From a virus (Duplodnaviria; Caudoviricetes), in the IMG/VR virus record IMGVR_UViG_3300042904_000419, positions 326 to 64,325 of that record: a stretch of 64,000 nt of DNA; one strand, written 5' to 3'. The notes beneath the pieces were generated by a model. The model was given only the letters and a program-made list of their open reading frames with translations, did not search any database and had not been told where the DNA came from. The position numbers and the translations under genes were made by a program. Of the stretch, positions 47,461 through 56,329 are shown piece by piece. Each line of letters starts with the position of its first letter. The first letter of the stretch is position 1.

Positions 47461-47873
47461 TTCTGGCACTACTCAAAGCGCTTGGCGTTACCGGCCTCGG
47501 CCAGTTGAAGACCGCCGGCCCGGTTGCACTCAAAGCCGCGCTGCAGTCCGCGCTGGCCCGGGGTCGCGCCGGCATCCTGAAGAAAGCGCTCACGCGGCTC
47601 ACGAAGGACGGCGACGTCGCGAAGCTGACCCAGGACGGGCCGTTCATGGATCGCGACGGGGTCGCCATGACCGGGCGGCAGATGTTCGCCCATCAAGCGC
47701 TGTACGCGATCCCCCGGGCCGCTGGCATCGGCGGTACGCTCACGGACCTGGTGCGCGATGATCACGTGACGGCTTGGGGTCTGGCCGAGGCCGACACGCT
47801 CCTCTCCGGCGTGACGGATGGCAGCGTGGCGTTAAGCCTCGTCTTCGACCGGCTGCTGGAGCAGATCGGATAG
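47457..47873 (+). CDS. hypothetical protein (lysis module)
   Basis: GGAGG SD, ATGA overlap. Confidence 0.65.
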   Translation: MILALLKALGVTGLGQLKTAGPVALKAALQSALARGRAGILKKALTRLTKDGDVAKLTQDGPFMDRDGVAMTGRQMFAHQALYAIPRAAGIGGTLTDLVRDDHVTAWGLAEADTLLSGVTDGSVALSLVFDRLLEQIG

Positions 47874-47877
47874 GCCC

Positions 47878-48453
47878 GTGCTCACGCTTACCAACGCGCG
47901 CATCCGGGAGGCGCTCGCCGCCCTCGGTTACCCCGCACCGGCGCCCGGGCAGCTCCACCTGCTCGGCGTACGGGGCGCGGTCCCGGTGAGCGCGAACGTG
48001 CTTCGCCCCGGCGCGAACCACCTGGACCGCTACGACGACAGCCTCGTCCTGTTCGGGACCACGCTGCACGCCTATCGGGCGACGGTGGACCCGGGGAAGC
48101 GCTATACGGACCAGCCACAGAACGCCGCCGGCTGTGCCCACCTGGTGAACGGCTACTGGCGGTATCAGCGCGGCCTCCACAAGGGGATCCCCGCCCTCAT
48201 ACAGGCAGCTCCGGTGACCGTGCGGCGCGACCGGGATCGGGACGGAGACGACGAGGCCGGTGAGCCGGTAGAGACCGGGATGTTCGGGATCAACCTCCAC
48301 CCGGGCGGGAACGGAGCGCAGCCGGTGGGACCGTGGTCCGCGGGTTGTCAGGTAATCCCGCGCGAGGGGTGGCCGTCCTTCTGGGAGCACGTGCTCGCCA
48401 GTGGGCAGAGGCACTTCGGTTACTGGTTGCTCGACGCGAAGGATTTGAGTTAG
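47878..48453 (+). CDS. putative endolysin, L,D-transpeptidase-like cysteine peptidase
   Basis: LLGVRG, YDD, TVDPG, GINLH.G......WSAGCQV His/Cys motif; follows holin-like genes. Confidence 0.65.
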   Translation: MLTLTNARIREALAALGYPAPAPGQLHLLGVRGAVPVSANVLRPGANHLDRYDDSLVLFGTTLHAYRATVDPGKRYTDQPQNAAGCAHLVNGYWRYQRGLHKGIPALIQAAPVTVRRDRDRDGDDEAGEPVETGMFGINLHPGGNGAQPVGPWSAGCQVIPREGWPSFWEHVLASGQRHFGYWLLDAKDLS

Positions 48454-48525
48454 GGCCGCTGTGGTCTCCCTCTCTGTAAGACACCTGCGCCTGCGTCCGC
48501 GTCTCACTCCCGTGCGAATTCTCCC

Positions 48526-49353
48526 ATGCGACTCGAACCCGGCGCCTCCCTTGCCGCCGCTGCCAAGCGGGCCCCCGGCGAGCGGATCATCCTCACGGCC
48601 GGCGCGTACGCGGGCGGCGTGATTAGCGGCGTACGGAAGCTTCACCTCCAGGCCGAAGGCATCGTGATCCTGACGGGAGGCGCGGAGCTCAAGATCGAGA
48701 ACTGCGGGGAGGTCGTGCTCGAAGACTTCGAGGTGCATAAGAGCCGCACGCACGGCGTCCGCGTGATCGGGTGCGAGAGCCTGCGCGCCGTCGGCCTCCG
48801 TCTCCAGAGCAGCACGTCCAATGGACTCCTCACCGCCAACACGCCCCACGTCGAGGTGCTGGACTGCGAGAGCCGGGACTCCGTTGACGGCCACGGGTTC
48901 TACCTCAGTCAGTCCGGAGACCACCTGCTCATTCGCGACTGCACGGCCCACGGCAACGCCCGCGCCGGGATCCAGGTCAACGCGGTGGAGGGGCGGCCGA
49001 AGAAGCGCGACGTGAGCCGGGACGGGATTTCGCAGGACGTCCAGCTCCTCCGCAACGTCCTCACCGGTAACCAGACCCGCTACGGTGGCGCGGCGCTCAA
49101 CCTGGCCGGCTGCCGAGGCGTGATCATCCAGGGCAACCGGATCGAGGCGCACCGCGGTCGGCACGGCATCGCGCTGTGGGACGACGAGGCCGGCGCGGAG
49201 TTCGCGTGTCGGGACGTGGCGATCGAGGGGAACAGCGTCAGCTTTGCTCCGGGGTTTGGTAGCGCGAATGTGAGCGTCGGGAAGACGTGTCAGCGGGTGA
49301 GCGTGGGGCGGAACGCGTGGGCTGTGGGGGCGGTGGAAGTGAGTCGGGGGTGA
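48526..49353 (+). CDS. right-handed beta-helix (pectin lyase-like) protein
   Basis: Repeated I..N/HG.Y/GIQ.N parallel beta-helix turns. Confidence 0.8.
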   Translation: MRLEPGASLAAAAKRAPGERIILTAGAYAGGVISGVRKLHLQAEGIVILTGGAELKIENCGEVVLEDFEVHKSRTHGVRVIGCESLRAVGLRLQSSTSNGLLTANTPHVEVLDCESRDSVDGHGFYLSQSGDHLLIRDCTAHGNARAGIQVNAVEGRPKKRDVSRDGISQDVQLLRNVLTGNQTRYGGAALNLAGCRGVIIQGNRIEAHRGRHGIALWDDEAGAEFACRDVAIEGNSVSFAPGFGSANVSVGKTCQRVSVGRNAWAVGAVEVSRG

Positions 49354-49355
49354 GG

Positions 49356-49484
49356 ATGGATCCCAAATCCTTCGTTTGCGGCATAGTCGCCGGGATGGGC
49401 CTCGCCGTGGTGGCTCGCGGCCTGGGATGCCTGCTAGGCATGCTTGCCGGGTTTCGCGAGATAAGGCGCATGGAGCGTTGGTAG
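49356..49484 (+). CDS. small membrane peptide
   Basis: 42 aa, hydrophobic. Confidence 0.4.
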   Translation: MDPKSFVCGIVAGMGLAVVARGLGCLLGMLAGFREIRRMERW

Positions 49485-49530
49485 CTTTCCGGCCGGGAGA
49501 GCATCGGTCGGCATGGATAGAGAGGATGAG

Positions 49531-50055
49531 ATGAGACTTCCGAGAGGAATGGGCTTGATCCTGGCGGCCCTAACGCTGGGAGTGGTCGGGATGGCTCCGG
49601 CGCAGGCGAGCGCGCCACCCGGCCGGAGTGAGCCGGTCAGCTTTCGCCTGGAGGCGCCGCAGTATACCGGGGGCGGGACGGTGATGGCGCATGCCACGAT
49701 TCCGGCAGTGGCGGGGCTAGCGGCTATCGCTCTGACCAGCATCGCACCGGCTAGCGCGTCGCGATTGTTTCGCAAGAAGCCGGTGACTGTCGAGGCCATC
49801 ACGTTCGAGGAGTTGGTGGAATATGGTCGCGAGAACGGCGCCAACATCGTCAACGGGATGCCGTGGTCGTTCCAGTATAAGGGTCATCCGATCACCCACG
49901 AGAACGACGACTGCTACCTGATCCCAACGCTGGAAGGAACGATGGAGTTTCGGCGTGGGGACATGCTCATTACCGGCGTGAAGGGCGAGATTTACCCCTG
50001 CAAGGCCGAAATCTTCGCGGCGACCTACGAGCCGGCCGCAGCCCCCACGGGATAG
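49531..50055 (+). CDS. RKKPV..EA / PGDYG-like phage protein with hydrophobic leader
   Basis: RKKPVTVEA, IPTLEG.M....GD.LI.GVKGE.YPCK..IF..TYE. Confidence 0.75.
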   Translation: MRLPRGMGLILAALTLGVVGMAPAQASAPPGRSEPVSFRLEAPQYTGGGTVMAHATIPAVAGLAAIALTSIAPASASRLFRKKPVTVEAITFEELVEYGRENGANIVNGMPWSFQYKGHPITHENDDCYLIPTLEGTMEFRRGDMLITGVKGEIYPCKAEIFAATYEPAAAPTG

Positions 50056-50062
50056 CCCCAAC

Positions 50063-50129
50063 CGCGAAGTAGCTCAACGGTAGAGCGCCGGGCTTCCCGG
50101 TGACCGCGGTTCAACTCCGCGCTTCGCAA
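50063..50129 (+). ncRNA. tRNA-like RNA with anticodon loop reduced to 3 nt
   Basis: C-GCGAAG/CTTCGC-A; GCTC-AACGGTA-GAGC; CCGGG-CTT-CCCGG; CGCGG-TTCAACT-CCGCG. Confidence 0.8.
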
Positions 50130-50205
50130 TGCAGATTTCCTACCAGAACGCGGCGGATTAGTAGCTGCTCGCCCTGTTAACCCTGGCGGTTAACACAGTT
50201 AACGC

Positions 50206-50940
50206 ATGGAACCAGGAACGGTTAACCCCCGCGGCGCCCGCTTCACCGACCAGGAGCTGCGCGAAGACCTCGGCAGCGGGCTCAAGCCGGCGGACATCGC
50301 CCGAAAGTACCAGGTCAGCCCCGCAGCGGTCTCCAAGCGGATCACGAAGCTCAACCTGGCCACCACCACGGCGGCTGTCGCCCCCGAGGAATCCCGCCGG
50401 TTCGTCAGCGGTCAGATCAACGCCATCGAGCAGTTGGAGCGCGGCCTGGGCCGGGTGAACCTGCTGATGGATGCCTGCGACGCGTGGCTGCGGAGTGCAG
50501 ACGATCCGGAGCGCTACGACGTGGGGGCCCGCGCCGAAGAGGTAGACGTCACGTACGAGGTAGAGGTCCGCACCGCGAACGGCTCCCTGGTTACCCAGAA
50601 GCGCACCAAGCGGCTCACAGAGCTGATGGGCTGCCTGGAAGGCGAGGACGAAGACGGCGCCCGGTTCTGCGGCTGGAAGCACGGCGAGACCAAGCGCGCC
50701 GACCCCCGCGAGTTGATCCTCCGCACCGTAGCCGAAGGCCGGCAGACGGTGGCAGCCGCTACGGAGCTCGCGAAGCTCCTGGCAGACATGCGGGCCATGC
50801 AGGAGTGGCGCGAGGTGGTGCTGGGAGCGATCGGGAGAGCGGCGCCGGATGTTCGCGACGAAATCATCGCCGAGGTTCGATCCTCTCTCGTTCTCCGCGG
50901 GCTTCTTGACGGACCCGCGGGCAGCGGTCAGGTGCACTGA
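50206..50940 (+). CDS. terS: terminase small subunit
   Basis: N-terminal HTH (ADIARKYQVSPAAVSKR); overlaps terL. Confidence 0.7.
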   Translation: MEPGTVNPRGARFTDQELREDLGSGLKPADIARKYQVSPAAVSKRITKLNLATTTAAVAPEESRRFVSGQINAIEQLERGLGRVNLLMDACDAWLRSADDPERYDVGARAEEVDVTYEVEVRTANGSLVTQKRTKRLTELMGCLEGEDEDGARFCGWKHGETKRADPRELILRTVAEGRQTVAAATELAKLLADMRAMQEWREVVLGAIGRAAPDVRDEIIAEVRSSLVLRGLLDGPAGSGQVH

Positions 50941-52495
50941 GCAGAAGCTTACCCTGGCGGACCTGCGGATCCGCACCAAGGACAAGCGCATCATCGGGTT
51001 CGCGCCGAACCCGGTGCAGGTGCTCTACCTGGACCAGCTATGTCCGCGCTGGCGGGCCGGCGACTACAAGCTGCAGGCGACGAAGGAGATCATCCTCAAA
51101 GCCCGCCAGTTCGGGTTCTCGACCCTGATCCTGGGCCTTTTCTTCCTGGACACGATCAGCACGCCGAACACGAGCACGGTAGTCATTGCCCATGACGGCG
51201 AGAGCACCGAGCGCCTGTTCCGGATGGTGCATCGCTTCTACCTGAGCCTGCCGGAAACGACCCGACCCCGCACCAAGTTTGCCAACCGCCGCGAATATCT
51301 GTGGCCGGATCTGGACTCCTCGTTCTTCGTGGGGACCGCCGGCGCCAAGGACTTCGGGCGCTCCTCCACGATCAACAACGTGCACATGTCCGAGGTCGGC
51401 ATGTGGAAGAACGGCGAGGAGTTGGTGAGCGGTCTCCTGCAGGCGGTGCCGGCCGGTGGCAACGTCTTCGCAGAGAGTACGGCAAAAGGGCTGGGGAACT
51501 GGTTCCACTCCGAGTACACCGCGGCCGAACGCGGAGATTCCGTCTTCGTTCCGCGTTTCTTCGGCTGGCATCAACACGAGGAGTACCGGAGCGCTCCGGG
51601 GCCGGGTTTCACGCCCACGCCCGACGAAGAGAAGCTAATCGCCGCGTACAGGGTAACGCCGGAGCAGTTGGCCTGGCGTCGTACGAAGATTCTAGAACTC
51701 CGGGACCTGTTCCCCCAGGAATACCCGGCGAACGCCCGCGAGGCGTTCCTGACTTCCGGCAATCCCTACTTCGATCGAGCCAAGCTCAGCGAGCTGTCCG
51801 ACGCACTACACGGCCCGGAGCACCGGCCGCTCAAGCCGGAGATCCCCGTCGCCTATCCACTCCTGCGCCGGGAACCGAAGCTCACGATCTGGAAAGCGCC
51901 AGCACCTGGTCGCCGGTACGTGATCGGGGCGGACACGGCCGAAGGGCTGCCGGACAAGGGCAAAGACGCGGACTTCGACAGCGCAGACGTGTTCGACGCG
52001 GAGACCTGGGAGCAGGTGGCGCGCCTGCATGGCCAGTGGGACACGCACCAGTACGGGCTGCTGCTGGCGGAGCTCGGCACCTGGTATAACCTGGCGCTCC
52101 TCGGCATCGAGCGGAACAACCACGGGCACGCGGTGATCAACGCCGCGATGCATACGGCCGGCTACCCGGTACAGAAGCCGGGGCAGGGCTCCGGGCTCTA
52201 CTGTCACGAGGAGTTCGACGAGAAGAAGACGGTTACGGCACGCCGGCCGGGCTGGCCAACCACGGCGAAGACCAAGTTCTTCGCGCTCGACGGACTGGCC
52301 ACCAGCATCGACGAGGACGCGCTAAAGCTCCACTCCCCGCAGACCGTCTCTGAACTCCTTACCTTCGTGAAGCTTCCGGGCGGCAAGGCGGGCGGCGAAG
52401 GCAAGTGTCACGACGACGCGGTGATGAGCTGTGCGATTGCGGATGCGCTGTTGAAGATGCGGTTGAGCGCGCCACGGAAAATTTGGGCCAAATGA
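50849..52495 (+). CDS. terL: terminase large subunit (start uncertain)
   Basis: ILKARQFGFST Walker A, HMSE, EST..G, IGADTAEG, IERNN.G, HDD.VMS. Confidence 0.93.
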   Translation: MFATKSSPRFDPLSFSAGFLTDPRAAVRCTEQKLTLADLRIRTKDKRIIGFAPNPVQVLYLDQLCPRWRAGDYKLQATKEIILKARQFGFSTLILGLFFLDTISTPNTSTVVIAHDGESTERLFRMVHRFYLSLPETTRPRTKFANRREYLWPDLDSSFFVGTAGAKDFGRSSTINNVHMSEVGMWKNGEELVSGLLQAVPAGGNVFAESTAKGLGNWFHSEYTAAERGDSVFVPRFFGWHQHEEYRSAPGPGFTPTPDEEKLIAAYRVTPEQLAWRRTKILELRDLFPQEYPANAREAFLTSGNPYFDRAKLSELSDALHGPEHRPLKPEIPVAYPLLRREPKLTIWKAPAPGRRYVIGADTAEGLPDKGKDADFDSADVFDAETWEQVARLHGQWDTHQYGLLLAELGTWYNLALLGIERNNHGHAVINAAMHTAGYPVQKPGQGSGLYCHEEFDEKKTVTARRPGWPTTAKTKFFALDGLATSIDEDALKLHSPQTVSELLTFVKLPGGKAGGEGKCHDDAVMSCAIADALLKMRLSAPRKIWAK

Positions 52496-53991
52496 GAGCA
52501 ATCGACGGCGCGCGCGCCTACCTCGCCGCCCGGGGTAATGGGTGGTCGCATGGGGAGGCGCGGGAGACCGCGGAACTGGTGCGGGCCTCCGGCGGCCTGG
52601 TCGCGGTCAAATCCCTGCTCCACAGCGCCGGCGGCTTCTCCGGGAACAATACCGGCTGGCCGAACTCCTTTCGCAAGCTGACGGATAGCTGGCCGGAGCG
52701 CACGGGGCAAAGCGCCTCCGGCGTCTCCCTGGATCAGTTCTGGAGCTGCTCCACCGTCCAGGCGAACCTGAGCTTTATCCAACGGACGTTCCCCGAGGCG
52801 CGCCCCCGGGTGCTGGATGGCGAGGGCGAGGACGCGGAGGAGATCCTGGGGCACCCGCTCACGCGGCTCCTCAACCGGCCGAACCCGTTCTACACGGCAC
52901 ATCGGCTGTGGCAGGTGACGCTGGCCGACTGGTGGGTCACAGGCCGGGGCAATGCCTACTGGCGGATCGTGCGCGGCGGCTATCGGGAACCGGTGGAGCT
53001 CTGGCACCTGCCGGCGGCAGAGGTAGAGCCGGACTGGCCCCGGGATGGTAGCGCGTTCATCTCGCACTACCGCCGCACGGTGAACGGCAAGACGGAGGAG
53101 CTGGACCCGCGTGACGTAGTGCACTTCCGCTTTGGCCAGGACCCACACAACAGCCGCAAAGGCTGGTCGCCGCTCCTGGCGGGGGCGCTGGAGGTGGCGA
53201 ACCTTAACGAGGGCGGGCGGTACCGGGTCGGCCTCCTGGAGCGCCACGGGGTTCCGTCCTACGCCCTGACGCCGCAGAACGAGCAGGTCGCCCAGGGGAT
53301 GGACGAGCCCACCATCGAGCTGCTCCAGCGGCTCTGGCAGGAGAAGCACACCGGCGCGATGCGCGGCGGGCTGTTCGTGCCCAACTTCGCCGCGAAGCTG
53401 GACCGCGTGGGCTACTCCCCGCAGGAGCTCGACATCCGCCAGATGCTCGGCTGGGACGCCGACATGGTGTGCGCCCTCTTCGGGCTCAGCTCCATGGTGC
53501 TGGGCTTGCCCTCCGGCGAGGAGCATCGCACCTTCGCGAACATGGCCGAGGCGCGGGAGAGCGCGTTCGAGAGCAACATCGTCCCCACCCAGGCGCTCAT
53601 GGCGGCGGACCTGGAACTGCAACTCCTTCCGGAGTTCGACTCGGACGAGTCCCATCACGTCGGTTGGGATTACAGCCGGGTGCGGGTGCTGCAGGACGAT
53701 CAGGACAAGCTGTATACGCGGCTGGATCAGGCGGTGACTACCGGCTGGTTGGCGCCGAACGAGGCGCGGAAGAAGGTGAGCCTCCCGGCGCTCAAGGGCG
53801 GCGACGAGCCAAAGCCGCTGTCCGCCGAGGTGCGCGAAGACTACCAGCAAGGGATCATCACCCGCAACGAGGCCCGGAAGCGCCGCGGGCTGCCACCGGT
53901 GAAGGAAGAGGCTGCGGCGCCTGCGGGTGAGCTAGAGGCGGGAACGGAACCCGCGGTGGGCGCAGCAGGTGGCGCACCCGGGGCACGCTGA
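52492..53991 (+). CDS. portal protein (HK97-like)
   Basis: HPL..LL.RPNP, GNAYW, VVHFR, G.SPL, PNEAR. Confidence 0.92.
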   Translation: MRAIDGARAYLAARGNGWSHGEARETAELVRASGGLVAVKSLLHSAGGFSGNNTGWPNSFRKLTDSWPERTGQSASGVSLDQFWSCSTVQANLSFIQRTFPEARPRVLDGEGEDAEEILGHPLTRLLNRPNPFYTAHRLWQVTLADWWVTGRGNAYWRIVRGGYREPVELWHLPAAEVEPDWPRDGSAFISHYRRTVNGKTEELDPRDVVHFRFGQDPHNSRKGWSPLLAGALEVANLNEGGRYRVGLLERHGVPSYALTPQNEQVAQGMDEPTIELLQRLWQEKHTGAMRGGLFVPNFAAKLDRVGYSPQELDIRQMLGWDADMVCALFGLSSMVLGLPSGEEHRTFANMAEARESAFESNIVPTQALMAADLELQLLPEFDSDESHHVGWDYSRVRVLQDDQDKLYTRLDQAVTTGWLAPNEARKKVSLPALKGGDEPKPLSAEVREDYQQGIITRNEARKRRGLPPVKEEAAAPAGELEAGTEPAVGAAGGAPGAR

Positions 53992-54776
53992 TGGCGAACG
54001 GTGGGTTCATCGACGGCGGGGGCGGCGGGCTGATCGATGGGGGCGGAGGCGGGTTCCGCGAAGAGGACCATCCACGCGGGCCGGGCGGGAAGTTCGCCAG
54101 CAAGGGCGGGAGTGCAGGTGGCAGTCACGGCGGATTGGGTTTCCCGGCGCGAGAGGCTCGGCTCGGCTCGGCGGGCGGTAACGAGAAGACGCCCGAGATC
54201 CACGAGTTCGAGCGGCTGACCCGAGAGCTCGGCATCCCGGAAGTAGATTTCGGCACCTCCGTGCATGTGGCTCGTTGGGCGTATCGCGGGCTGAAAGAGG
54301 GCCACAACGCCGGTCGGGAGATGCCGTCCGCCGTGCGCGTCGACCCGCATCTGGAAGCGGTCGCCCAAGTGGATCCGAAGACATTGGCGCTCACGATCAA
54401 CCCGCGGCAACCAGATTTTCAATCACAAGGCGCGGCGAAGGTAGAGGCTCGCGCCGCTGGCCGGCGCAAGCTGACCTCCACGCGGCACGAGCACCATTTC
54501 ATTCGGCACGAACTAACCCATGTTGCTCATGCGCGCGCCTTGGGGGCTGCGCAGGTGATTGCGTACAACGATCCGAAGTGGTCAGACGCGGTGGGAGGTG
54601 CCGAGGCGCTCTCTCTTGCCGAGACGGTAAGTACCCGCGCCACCTACTCTCCCGCGGAGTTCGTGGCCGAGGTCTACGCCGGGCACTTAGGGGAAGTCAA
54701 CTACCCAGAGCCGGTGCTGCAGCTTTACCAACGCTATGGTGGGCCAAAGTTACCCGCCCGTAACTCGCAAGAGTGA
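53991..54776 (+). CDS. HPR-motif head-module protein with zincin (HExxH) domain
   Basis: F.EEDHPRG.GGKF..KGG; IRHELTH; Y...EFVAE; occupies the usual MuF position. Confidence 0.7.
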   Translation: MANGGFIDGGGGGLIDGGGGGFREEDHPRGPGGKFASKGGSAGGSHGGLGFPAREARLGSAGGNEKTPEIHEFERLTRELGIPEVDFGTSVHVARWAYRGLKEGHNAGREMPSAVRVDPHLEAVAQVDPKTLALTINPRQPDFQSQGAAKVEARAAGRRKLTSTRHEHHFIRHELTHVAHARALGAAQVIAYNDPKWSDAVGGAEALSLAETVSTRATYSPAEFVAEVYAGHLGEVNYPEPVLQLYQRYGGPKLPARNSQE

Positions 54777-54807
54777 TCTGCGTTATAATACGCAGGGGTG
54801 AAGAGTA

Positions 54808-55077
54808 ATGGTGCAGATTGGGGTCAAGTTAGGCGGTCCTCCCGAGGCCAAACAGTGTATTAAGTGCGCCCACTTCAACGACGATAAGCCGGGCGCCTAC
54901 GTCTGCGCCGCGTACCCGGACGGCATTCCGACGGACATCCTGTACGACGAGGTCGACCATCGCCAGCCCTACGCCGGGGATCACGGCATTCAGTTTGAGC
55001 CGTGGGAAGCAGGCGCCGAGTCGCCGTTCGCATACTGGGATCGGCTAGCAGCCGAAGAGGCGAAAGCCCCGGCCTAA
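54808..55077 (+). CDS. small Cys-rich protein (C..C.H...C.AYPDGIP..I......H..P..GD.GI.FE)
   Basis: Motif pattern seen in genes following MuF-like genes; own TATAAT at 54784-54789. Confidence 0.75.
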   Translation: MVQIGVKLGGPPEAKQCIKCAHFNDDKPGAYVCAAYPDGIPTDILYDEVDHRQPYAGDHGIQFEPWEAGAESPFAYWDRLAAEEAKAPA

Positions 55078-55195
55078 CCCCTAGCCTTCAGCCGGCCGCA
55101 GGCGTTTACCCAGGAGCCCCGGCCACCGGGACGCATGACGCGGTCGGCCACGGTCGGCTGAATACCTCCCCCTAACCACATACTTCGCCCTTTAC

Positions 55196-55222
55196 AGGGG
55201 CTCGGCATTATGCCGAGCCCCT
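55196..55222 (+). terminator. strong inverted repeat / probable terminator
   Basis: AGGGGCTCGGCAT-T-ATGCCGAGCCCCT. Confidence 0.55.
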
Positions 55223-55254
55223 TCCTGCGTTTCTGGGCGAGCGAGGCAGAGACC

Positions 55255-56328
55255 ATGGACAAGCTGATCAACTTCGGGGGCGCGGTCAAGGCGCTGGGCG
55301 AGGGTGTGGTGGAGGGCTATCTGGTCCTCTTCGGCACGCCGGACGAGACCGACGCCAGCGGGCTCCGGGACTTCTTCACGCCGGAGACCGACTTCGGGCT
55401 GGCCGACGGGATGAAGTCGACCATCTGGTACCGGCACGCGCTGGAGCCGTCGCTGGATCGCCCCATCGGTGAGGGGGCGCTGAAGGCGGACGACGTTGGC
55501 GTGTTCATCACCGGCCAGCTCAACCTCCGCGACCGCTACGTGAAGGCCGTCTACGACCAGATGGCCTGCAAAGGCAAGTTGGGCTGGTCCTCCGGATCCG
55601 TGAGCCACCTGGTGCGCCGCGAACCCCAGGAGAACGGCGCCCACAAGATCACCCGTTGGCACCTTGGCCTCGATGCCTCGCTCACCCCGGATCCGGCCGA
55701 GCCCCGCACCCAGGTCGCCGTAAAGAGTCTCACGGACCTGCCGGCGGTGGCGCCCCTGGAAGAGCTGCTCCCCGAGATCAAAGCGCAGTTCCTGGGCGAA
55801 TACGTGGAGCGCGAGATGACCCTCGCCTCCCTCCGCACGCTCAACGACGCGCTGATGTACTCCGTGGTGGCACGCTGCCTCTACGATGACCAGCTCACCC
55901 CGGAGCAGAAGCAGGCGCACCTCGCCGGCGCCTTCGCTGAGTTCAGCGCCCTCGCGCTCGAAACACTTTCCCCGCTCCTCGCGGGGACCGATAGCGGCGC
56001 CCTGAAGGCGCTGCGCACCCTGTGGGGCCCGGAACGACCGGAGTCCCTCGTAGAGCACGCGGCAAAGGTGGTGTCCGCCAGCGCCGAGTTCGCCAACCGC
56101 CTGGAGACCAGGCTGGAAGTGCGACAGACCGACGGCCGCACGCTGTCCGCGGCGCAGCGGGACGCCCTCAAGGCAGTGGTCGAGGAGTTCAACGACCTCG
56201 ACGCCGTGAAGGCGCACCTGCTCCGCACCCTGGCGGCGGCGGAAGGCAAGCCCACCCCCACGCGCGAGGACACCGAGCGGCTACGGACCGCCTTCCTCCG
56301 CCTGACTTCGCCCGTAGGAGCGAACTGA
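55255..56328 (+). CDS. prohead protease with helical C-terminal extension
   Basis: VEGYLVLF, D.F...T, H, GWSSGS, ASLTP.PAEP; upstream of MCP. Confidence 0.85.
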   Translation: MDKLINFGGAVKALGEGVVEGYLVLFGTPDETDASGLRDFFTPETDFGLADGMKSTIWYRHALEPSLDRPIGEGALKADDVGVFITGQLNLRDRYVKAVYDQMACKGKLGWSSGSVSHLVRREPQENGAHKITRWHLGLDASLTPDPAEPRTQVAVKSLTDLPAVAPLEELLPEIKAQFLGEYVEREMTLASLRTLNDALMYSVVARCLYDDQLTPEQKQAHLAGAFAEFSALALETLSPLLAGTDSGALKALRTLWGPERPESLVEHAAKVVSASAEFANRLETRLEVRQTDGRTLSAAQRDALKAVVEEFNDLDAVKAHLLRTLAAAEGKPTPTREDTERLRTAFLRLTSPVGAN

Positions 56329-56329
56329 G

